Origin: an uncultured Chloroflexia bacterium | GTDB taxonomy: Bacteria; Chloroflexota; Limnocylindria; Limnocylindrales; CSP1-4 | Length of the DNA: 64,000 bases | NCBI GenBank assembly: GCA_963713975.1 | Contig: OY970218.1 | Span: 1,856,001-1,920,000 of the forward strand | Reading direction: 5' to 3' | In this document: piece by piece, positions 56,651-64,000 of the stretch | Layout: the number at the start of each line of letters is the position of its first letter | Numbering within the stretch: the first letter of the stretch is position 1 | Made by a program: the position numbers and the translations under genes | The notes under the pieces: generated by a model | Databases searched by the model: none | What the model was told of the DNA's origin: nothing | Seen by the model: only the letters and a program-made list of their open reading frames with translations

Positions 56651-58302
56651 CGCAGGCCTCCGCGAAGCCGCATGGGGGCCCGGAGCAGCGTCAGGGCGAC
56701 GATCGCCGGCTCCCGGAGTCCGATCAACCGCGAGATAGCGATGTAGCCGACCATTCCGGCCGTGGTCATGACCACGAGCACCGCCAGGCTGACCAGGACC
56801 CCCAGCTCGATCGGGAGATTCCACGCGACCAGGGCGATCGGGACGGCGACGAGGCCGCTCGCCACCAGTGCCTTGGTACACACGACCATCATCCCGCCCA
56901 GGCGGAAGGTCAATTCGATGGTGCCCAGCCGCCACGCCTTGATGAACTCGATGATCCCCATGGTGAGCGAGGTCGACAGGGCCACGCCGGCGACCCCCAC
57001 CAGCAATCCCAGGCTCACGTTGAAGACGAGGTTGAGGACCGCGTTGAGGATGCCCATCGCCAGCAGGAACATGCCCCGCTGGCGGGCGTTGTGGGCACCG
57101 GTGAGCACGGCCTGCATCATGGTGAGCACGAGCAGCGGGGCAAAGCCGACGAGGGCTGCCGAGGTGAGCATGGCGGCGTGCTGGTCGAAGGCTCCCCGGA
57201 CGTACGCGAGGTCGACGATGACCGGCGCCATCGCCGCCGTCGCCACCGACAGGGGTACGAAGATCGCCAGGATGTACCGGAGCGCCCCGGCCGCCGCGTC
57301 GGCGAACGACTGCGAATCGGTGAGCAGCGATGCGCGCACGAGGGCCGGGTAGATGGCCGCGTTCCAGGCGGGAACGATCGCGTTCATCGGGATGCGGATC
57401 ACCCCTTCCGCGTAACGCAGCGCGCTCACGGCGCCCGGCGCGATGAGCGTCGCCACGGCGCGGTCGGTCAGCAGGTTGAACTGCAGGACGGACGCGCTGA
57501 CGGTGAGCGGCGCGGCATGTCCGAGGAACCTGCGGGACTCCGCTCGATCCGCTCGCAGGCCGAGGCGCGGGATGAGCCCGAACCTGGCCCCCGTGACGAC
57601 CAGGACGAGGACGATGACCAGCTGCTGGATCGTCATGCCCCAGGCCAGCGCGGAGAGGTCCATCTGGTCCCAGAGGAGGACCGTGACCACGACCGACGCG
57701 ATGGGTCCGGCCATCCACGCCAGCGCGATGTAGCGCATGCGGTCGTGGATCTGGAAGGTGGCGGCGAGCAGGCTGCCCAGCGCGTAGAGCAGGAGCGTCG
57801 GCGCGAGGATCGGGACATAGCCGATCCCTGCCTCGCGGGCAGCCGGGTCGAGGCCGGGTCCGGCGATGGCCACGGCGACGCCCGCGCCCGCCACCAGCAG
57901 GACGGTCAACGCTGCGCCGATGATGATCGTCCAGGCGATGGTGGCGCCGAGCAGCCGGTCCGCCGGTCCTCGCCCGTCGCGGGCAACCGTGCCCAGGTAG
58001 CTTGGGACGAGCGCCGCCGACGTCCCGCTGGCAAGCAGGCCGGCGAGCATGACCGGCCCGACCGCGGCTACGAGCAGCGCGTCCAGGTCTGGCGAGACCC
58101 CCACCTTGTCCGCGACGAACAGCTCCCGCACGAGCGTGAAGACCTGGCCGGCCAGCCCGGCGACGGTCAGGAGGACGGCGGCCCTTGCTGCACCACGCAG
58201 GACGGACGACGATCCGTCATCGCCGGGCGACCCACCGTCCGGTGGCGCGGCGGGGACCTCCAGGGGCAGGGGCTCCTCGACCCACCCGTCAGCGTCCTGC
58301 AT
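56647..58302 (-). CDS. MurJ/MviN-like MOP flippase
   Basis: VRELFVA..G..LDA, ALVPSY, TDRAVAT..GAVSALRYA, RGAFD; many TM segments. Confidence 0.85.
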   Translation of the reverse strand: MQDADGWVEEPLPLEVPAAPPDGGSPGDDGSSSVLRGAARAAVLLTVAGLAGQVFTLVRELFVADKVGVSPDLDALLVAAVGPVMLAGLLASGTSAALVPSYLGTVARDGRGPADRLLGATIAWTIIIGAALTVLLVAGAGVAVAIAGPGLDPAAREAGIGYVPILAPTLLLYALGSLLAATFQIHDRMRYIALAWMAGPIASVVVTVLLWDQMDLSALAWGMTIQQLVIVLVLVVTGARFGLIPRLGLRADRAESRRFLGHAAPLTVSASVLQFNLLTDRAVATLIAPGAVSALRYAEGVIRIPMNAIVPAWNAAIYPALVRASLLTDSQSFADAAAGALRYILAIFVPLSVATAAMAPVIVDLAYVRGAFDQHAAMLTSAALVGFAPLLVLTMMQAVLTGAHNARQRGMFLLAMGILNAVLNLVFNVSLGLLVGVAGVALSTSLTMGIIEFIKAWRLGTIELTFRLGGMMVVCTKALVASGLVAVPIALVAWNLPIELGVLVSLAVLVVMTTAGMVGYIAISRLIGLREPAIVALTLLRAPMRLRGGLR

Positions 58303-59260
58303 CCGCCCGCTCGACCGGCTCCTGTGGGCCGGTGGCCTGCCGGTACCAGTCCACCGTGCGGCGCACCCCCTCGTCGAACGTCACCAGCACCTCGTAACCC
58401 AGCTGCTCCCGTGCGACGGTGATGTCGGCCTCCGAGTCGCGGACGTCACCCGCGCGCGTGGGCTCGAACACCGGCGGCAGCATGGTGCCGATGGCCGCCT
58501 CGATCCGGGCGAGGAGATCCAGGAGGTTGAACCGTCCCCCGCACCCGACATTCGCCGTGATGCCCGTGATGCCCGGGACCGTCGCGGCAAGGATGTTGGC
58601 GGCGACGACGTTGTCGACGTAGGTGAAGTCCCTCGACTGCCGGCCGTCGCCGTGCACGACGGGCGGCTCGCCGGCGAGCGCGGCCGTGATGAACTTCGGG
58701 ACGACCGCGGCGTACTGGGAGAGAGGATCCTGGCCGGGTCCGTAAACGTTGAAGTACCGCAACACCACCGTCTGGATCCCGTGGAGCTCGCCCATCGCGT
58801 GGACGTAGTGCTCCGTCGCCAGCTTGCTCACGGCGTACGGGGACCGCGGATCGGGCCGCTGGGTCTCGCGCCGGGGCAGCTCGGGACTGGCCCCATACAC
58901 GGAGGATGAGCCGGCCGCCACCACCCGCCGGACGCCTGCAGCGGCGCAAGCGAGCATCAGCTGGATCGTGCCATCGACATTGACCGAGTTCGACCGCAGC
59001 GGGTCGGCCACCGATCGCGCGACCGAGGGGATCGCTGCCTCGTGGAGCACGACCTCCACCCCGGCGGTCGCCCTGGCGACGGCGTCGGGATCGCGCAGGT
59101 CACCCTCGACGAGCGTGATCCGATCTCCGAACGGCAGGAGCCGGCCCGCCATGCCGGTGCTGTAGTCGTCGAGCACCACGACGTCGTCCCCACGCGCCAG
59201 CAGGGCGCCGACCAGATGATGTCCGATAAACCCCGCGCCACCGGTGACGAGCACTCGCAT
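58289..59260 (-). CDS. NAD-dependent nucleotide-sugar epimerase/dehydratase (WbpP/GalE-like)
   Basis: TGGAGFIG, SSSVYG, YAVSK, LRYFNVYGP, GDGRQSRDF. Confidence 0.95.
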   Translation of the reverse strand: MRVLVTGGAGFIGHHLVGALLARGDDVVVLDDYSTGMAGRLLPFGDRITLVEGDLRDPDAVARATAGVEVVLHEAAIPSVARSVADPLRSNSVNVDGTIQLMLACAAAGVRRVVAAGSSSVYGASPELPRRETQRPDPRSPYAVSKLATEHYVHAMGELHGIQTVVLRYFNVYGPGQDPLSQYAAVVPKFITAALAGEPPVVHGDGRQSRDFTYVDNVVAANILAATVPGITGITANVGCGGRFNLLDLLARIEAAIGTMLPPVFEPTRAGDVRDSEADITVAREQLGYEVLVTFDEGVRRTVDWYRQATGPQEPVERADAGR

Positions 59261-59262
59261 GA

Positions 59263-60671
59263 TCAGGAGACCTCACGCTCTGCGGCCCGCGGCCGCCCTG
59301 TCGCCAGCGTCACCGCCAGCACGAGCCACAGCAGGCTCGCGCTCTGGAAGACCGAGGCTGAGTGGAGAAAGATGGACGCCGCGAGGAACGAGGCGCCTGC
59401 GGCCAGGGCCGCGCTTGCGATCGGGCTGCGGGAGCGGATGATGGCGACGCTGGCGAGCACCAGCAGGGAGCCCGACGAGAGCGGCACCAACGATCCCCTG
59501 CTCCGCGAGCACGTTCAGGTACTGGTTGTGGGAGAACGACGTGTCGGGCGCGGCACCCACGATGAAGGACGGGCTGACGAACTGGAAGACGCCGAAGCCG
59601 ACGCCGAAGATCGGGAACGCCGCGAACATGGCGAGCGCCGTATTGACCATCGCCGCCCTGGACGCCTGGCTGCGATTCCGCCTGGAAGATGTCGATCGGG
59701 AGCAGCGGCCCTCCCTGGCGGACCTCGAGGAACACGGGGTAGACGGTCACGGCGGCAACCCCGATGACGATGGCGAGGACCAATGCCGCCCGCAGGTCCC
59801 AGCGGGCTGCGAGGACCAGCAGGCCCACCGCCAGCCCGATGTAGGCGCCCCGCGAGAAGGTCAGGACGACGCAGATCAGGAGCAGCGCCACGACCGGGAC
59901 GAGGAGGAGCTTGTAGGCCCTCGGCGCGACCATGAGGACGCCGAGGGCGAACACGGCGGCCGTCGCCGCGTACAGGCCGAGGAAGTTCGGATCCGCAAAC
60001 GCGCCGCTGGCGCGTGCACTCCCCGTGTTCTCGACCAGACCCCTGGTGACGGCCTCGAACGGCAGGAAGTTGAGGATATCGCCGAGCGCGAGAAGCGCGG
60101 CCAGCGTCGATCCCACGAGCGCCAGGGCGAGGATGGGCCACGGGGACATGAAGCGGAACAGGTAGGCGGCGGACAGGAACAGGACCACGCCGGTCGTCAG
60201 CCGGAGCAGGGCATTGAGCGCGGAGGGCACCCAGGCCGCAGGATGGCCGCTCACCACCGGCAGGATGCTCACCGCGGAGAAGATGAGGTACCCGACGAGG
60301 AGGGCGACGCCGGGATGCACCCGCAGGCGCGGCCGGTCGACCGGCAGGCGGAGGATGCAACCGAAGGCGATCGCCCCGGCGAGGATGGCGTTGAACCGTA
60401 TCGGCACCAGGACCTCCGGCTCGCGCATCGGCATGATGACCGCGAACATGGCGAGCCCGGAAGCGGGCCACGCCGCCGAGATGCCGGCTCCCGCCAGCAC
60501 GACCAGGGTGGCGGCCTGGTCGAGCCCGGCGCCCAGGGCGAGGAGGTAGACCGCCGCCAGGCCGGCACCCACCGCGACCTGGAAGGGGGATCCAACATGC
60601 GACCAGGACGCGCGGACGGCCCACATCGCCGACCCGGCCCCGGACCCCGACGACGCCGCGAGAGCGCTCAT
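59263..60671 (-). pseudogene. O-antigen ligase/Wzy-family membrane protein with two frameshifts
   Basis: RASGAFADPN and TFSRGA in frame 1, PIFGVGFG..HNQYLNVLAEQGIVG in frame 2, final TM helices in frame 3; may be an assembly error. Confidence 0.75.
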
Positions 60672-61843
60672 GATCGGCCGACCGCCTGTCGGAAGAGGGC
60701 CTCCCACTTCGCCGAGACGGTCTCGATCGAGAACCGCTCCCGGACCTCGACGGCCCGCTCGGCCAGGCCCTCCCTCCTCGCCTCGTCACCGAGCAGGGAG
60801 TCCATTGCGTCCGCAAGCGCATCAACGTCCCCAGGCGTCACCAGGAGACCGTCGATGCCATCGCGGATGATGTCCCGCGGACCATGCTCGCAGTCGCTGG
60901 CGATCACGGCCCGGCCCAGGGCCATCGCCTCGATCAGGGCCATCGGCAGGCCCTCCTTGTAGGACGAGAGCACGAACAGCGTTGCCGCCAGCAGCTCCTG
61001 TTCCGGCGTCCGCGTGGTCCCGGGGAGCGCCACCCGGTCGGCGACCCCCTCGTCGCGGCACAGTGTCTCGAGGGCGGCACGCTCGTCTCCCTCGCCCCAG
61101 ATCACGAGCCGGGCCCTGGGCCATCGTGGCGAGATCCGGGCGAAGGCGCGGATCAGGACGTCGAATCCCTTCTCCGGCCCAAGGCGCCCCAGGCCCATGA
61201 TGACCGGCGCCCCGGAGGGAGCCCCGGGCGCCGGGCTCGATCCCACGGGGCCGGCGAGGAAGGCGCCCGGCAGCGGGTTCGGGATGACGCGTCCGCGGCG
61301 CTGCAGGGCGGGAGAGAGGTGGGCCAGCGCGCTGTTCGTCAGCATGACCACGAACGCGGCCCGACGGTACGTCAGCTCCCTGAGGATGCTCCAGGCCAGG
61401 TTGAGCTCGCCGCGCGGACCACGGTGCTCGCTGACGATGACCGGGACCCCAAGACGTGCCGCGGCGAGGAGCGTCTCGCTGTTGGCCATGAACGACATCG
61501 CGACCTGTGGATGCGAGGCCGCAATCGCCGCACGGAGCGCCCGGATCCGGCGCCAGTTGTTGCCGATCGCCGAGAACGGGGAGGCCGAGGGCCGATGCAG
61601 GTCGAGCCCGACGACGGTCACCGCCGGGTCGAGCGGGTAGGCCGGGGGCCGGTCGGAGGGGAAGTTGAGGTTGACGAGGGTGATGGCCCAGCCCAGTCCT
61701 GCCCAATGATTGGCCAGCTCGGTCATGACCCGCTCCGCTCCACCCATCTCGAGCGAGGAGATGACGAGCGTCAGACGTAGCGACGCCGGACTCGCGTGGC
61801 CGTCCGGCGAGTCGGACACCCCCTGCCCGTCCGTGCCGCCCAT
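60668..61843 (-). CDS. GT4-family glycosyltransferase
   Basis: GGAERV, VSEH, GRLGPEKGFD, EGLPMALIEA, DCEHGP. Confidence 0.93.
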   Translation of the reverse strand: MGGTDGQGVSDSPDGHASPASLRLTLVISSLEMGGAERVMTELANHWAGLGWAITLVNLNFPSDRPPAYPLDPAVTVVGLDLHRPSASPFSAIGNNWRRIRALRAAIAASHPQVAMSFMANSETLLAAARLGVPVIVSEHRGPRGELNLAWSILRELTYRRAAFVVMLTNSALAHLSPALQRRGRVIPNPLPGAFLAGPVGSSPAPGAPSGAPVIMGLGRLGPEKGFDVLIRAFARISPRWPRARLVIWGEGDERAALETLCRDEGVADRVALPGTTRTPEQELLAATLFVLSSYKEGLPMALIEAMALGRAVIASDCEHGPRDIIRDGIDGLLVTPGDVDALADAMDSLLGDEARREGLAERAVEVRERFSIETVSAKWEALFRQAVGRS

Positions 61844-61845
61844 GG

Positions 61846-62796
61846 TCAGATGCCTGCCGCCGACGGCGTCGCCGCAGCGTCTTGGTACCAGGAGAGGGTC
61901 TGGCGGATTCCCTCGGCCAGCGTGACCGAGGGCCGGTAGCCGAGCCGCTCGCCGGCGAGGGCGATGTCGGCCTGCGAGTCGCGCACATCGCCCGGCCGCG
62001 GGGCCTCGAATCGCGGCGTGAGCGTGCCGCCCGTCGCCGCGCCGACAGCGGCCAGCAGGTCGAGGAGCGAGCTCCGCTCGCCCGACCCGACGTTGGCGGT
62101 GAGCCCCGAGACCCCCGGTGTCGTGGCCGCGGCGAGGTTCGCCGCCACGACGTCCTGCACGGAGGCGAAGTCCCGGGACTGGCGCCCGTCCCCATAGATC
62201 ACGGGCCGGCGGCCGTCGATGGCCGCCATGACGAACCTCGGGATCACCGCTGCGTACTCGGCCTGTGGATCCTGTCCCGGTCCATACACGTTGAAGTACC
62301 GGAGGGCGACGGTCTCGATTCCGCTCGATGCGCCGACGTTGTGGACGTAGTGCTCCATCGCCAGCTTGCTCGTGGCGTAGGGCGACTGGGGATCCGGGAG
62401 ATCCACCTCACGGCTCGGCAGCCTGGGATCGCCGCCGTACACGGCGGCCGAGCTTGCGACGACGACCCGCCTGACGCCGGCGGCAGACGCCTCGACCATG
62501 AGCCGGACCGAGCCGTCCGTGTTGACGCGATTCGTGGCGACGGGATCGGCGACCGACCTGGCGACGGAGGCGATCGCCGCGAGATGGAACACGATCTCAC
62601 GGTCCGCCAGCGCCTCGATCAGCGCGTCACCCGCGCACAGGTCGCCCTCGATGACGTTCACGGACCCAGCTGGGAGCCGCCCCGGGCGTCCGGTGCTGAA
62701 GTCGTCGAGCACGGTGACCTCGTCCCCGCGGGCGACGAGTGCAGCCACCAGGTGATGCCCGATGAAGCCGGCACCTCCGGTGACCAGCACCCTCAT
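61846..62796 (-). CDS. NAD-dependent nucleotide-sugar epimerase/dehydratase, second paralog
   Basis: TGGAGFIG, SSAAVYG, YATSK, LRYFNVYGP. Confidence 0.95.
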   Translation of the reverse strand: MRVLVTGGAGFIGHHLVAALVARGDEVTVLDDFSTGRPGRLPAGSVNVIEGDLCAGDALIEALADREIVFHLAAIASVARSVADPVATNRVNTDGSVRLMVEASAAGVRRVVVASSAAVYGGDPRLPSREVDLPDPQSPYATSKLAMEHYVHNVGASSGIETVALRYFNVYGPGQDPQAEYAAVIPRFVMAAIDGRRPVIYGDGRQSRDFASVQDVVAANLAAATTPGVSGLTANVGSGERSSLLDLLAAVGAATGGTLTPRFEAPRPGDVRDSQADIALAGERLGYRPSVTLAEGIRQTLSWYQDAAATPSAAGI

Positions 62797-63515
62797 CCGC
62801 TGGACGCCTTGGAGCCGGCCGGTGGACCTGCGCGGAGATAGGCGATCGCGGCGATCACGGTGACTGCCACGACGAACGCCGCCGCCGCCGCCAGGACCGT
62901 GTTGAACGCGACCCGCGGCCCGGACGGCTCGTCCGGGAGGTCGGCTCGCTCGATGATCTCGAGGATGACCTGCTCCGGGGCCGTGCCGTCAGCGGGAGTC
63001 GTCGAGCGTTCGACCAGGATGTCGGCAAGCAGGTTCGCGATCTGCTGCGCCGTGGCCGGACGCTCGTCCGTGGCCGCGATCGTGATGAACGGCGTGCTCG
63101 CATCCGTGGTGATCCGAAGTCGCGCTTCGAGCGCCACCTGGTCGTTGGGCAGGTCCAGGATCCGGATCACGTCGGACAGGACCGGGCGGGTCCGGGCCAG
63201 GGAACCATACGCCTGGGCGATTCGCGGTGATGTGAGGACGTCACCCGTGTTGTCCAGCCCGAGACCCGCCGTCACGACGAGCTGTGACTCGGCCGTGTAG
63301 ATCTTCGTGCCCGCGCTGCTGATCAGGTACGTCGAGAGCGACACCACGGCGACAATCCCGAGCACCGCGCCGATGGCGATCAGCACGGCAGGCAGGCGCG
63401 AGGATCGCGACATCAGGGTTGCCGTCCGGCGAGCATGCGCAGGGTGCCTGTCTTCACTCGGTCGAGATTGCCGGTTCGCCGGTGTCGTCTCAAGACTCTT
63501 GTCCCCCCGGATCAC
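62793..63515 (-). CDS. Polysaccharide chain-length regulator (Wzz/CpsC-like)
   Basis: Two TM segments flanking IYTAESQL..AQQIAN..PDEPSGPR; start could be ATG 63413. Confidence 0.75.
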   Translation of the reverse strand: MIRGDKSLETTPANRQSRPSEDRHPAHARRTATLMSRSSRLPAVLIAIGAVLGIVAVVSLSTYLISSAGTKIYTAESQLVVTAGLGLDNTGDVLTSPRIAQAYGSLARTRPVLSDVIRILDLPNDQVALEARLRITTDASTPFITIAATDERPATAQQIANLLADILVERSTTPADGTAPEQVILEIIERADLPDEPSGPRVAFNTVLAAAAAFVVAVTVIAAIAYLRAGPPAGSKASSG

Positions 63516-64000
63516 AGCACGATCTTGCGACAGTGGAACGCCTCGGCGAGGGATGTCGCCGACTCGATGCCGCGCAACCGGGCAATCGCACGGGCCGTGT
63601 CGTCACCCCACCACGTCCGACCATGCTGTGATCGGAAGTGCTCGTGCAGCAGCTCGATCTTGCGGGCAAGCGTGCTCTCCTCGATGGCGACGTACACGTT
63701 TGGCCGGCCGAGGTCGCCATCGTACTTGGGGATCTCGTACTCCGCCACGAGATGGTGGCGGAAGGTCTGCCACACCGTCTCGGCGACGATCCGGTGATCC
63801 TGGTGGGCATCATGAACGTGCGGCGCGATGATCAGCTCCGGACTGAACGGCTTCGCGGACTCGAGCAGGTCCTTGAGGGCCGGGGCATGGGCGGGGAGCC
63901 GCCCATCGGGCAGATCGTGGACGATCACCTCGCAGTCCGCCGCATCAGAACAGAACGCCGCCGCACTGTCGCGCGCCTCCGCGGCACGCTCCGGCGTGGC
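63512..64000 (-). CDS. PIG-L/LmbE-family deacetylase, 5'-truncated by window edge
   Basis: REARDSA, LPDGRL, DAHQDHR, YEIPKYDGDLG, HFRSQ, AEAF. Confidence 0.88.
   Translation of the reverse strand, partial: ATPERAAEARDSAAAFCSDAADCEVIVHDLPDGRLPAHAPALKDLLESAKPFSPELIIAPHVHDAHQDHRIVAETVWQTFRHHLVAEYEIPKYDGDLGRPNVYVAIEESTLARKIELLHEHFRSQHGRTWWGDDTARAIARLRGIESATSLAEAFHCRKIVL

Overview
High-GC bacterial chromosomal window; gene style suggests Chloroflexota, but that is inference only. It has no rRNA, tRNA, CRISPR array or transposase. Left part (1-43.8 kb) is housekeeping: dapA-dapD-lysA-like, PAP2, a Cu P1B-ATPase with a C-terminal cupredoxin-like extension, a thioesterase, fabD-fabF-fabF with a divergent MarR gene, a mixed minus-strand block (M20 peptidase, asparaginase, PyrD-like, GNAT, LLM, ilvD, DUF885, MarP-like protease), leuCD divergent from ilvBNC-leuA-leuB-cimA-(stand-alone LeuA regulatory domain)-methyltransferase-pheA, a HerA-like ATPase and a small acyl-CoA/aldehyde catabolic cluster. 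Right part (43.9-64 kb) is a Wzy-type surface/exopolysaccharide locus running off the window. Most notable: (1) an HTH plus PD-(D/E)xK-like gene between leuC and ilvB, preceded by four helically phased GCTGGACT palindromes and carrying a probable premature TGA; (2) a long Leu/Ile/Val-rich leader ORF with terminator (attenuator) before ilvB; (3) a free-standing LeuA-type allosteric domain gene; (4) a c-di-GMP-I riboswitch whose P1 covers the RBS of a secreted beta-helix protein; (5) an RcnR/CsoR-type operator over the copA start; (6) several enzymes with altered catalytic motifs; (7) a doubly frameshifted wzy/O-antigen ligase gene; (8) frequent leaderless promoters.
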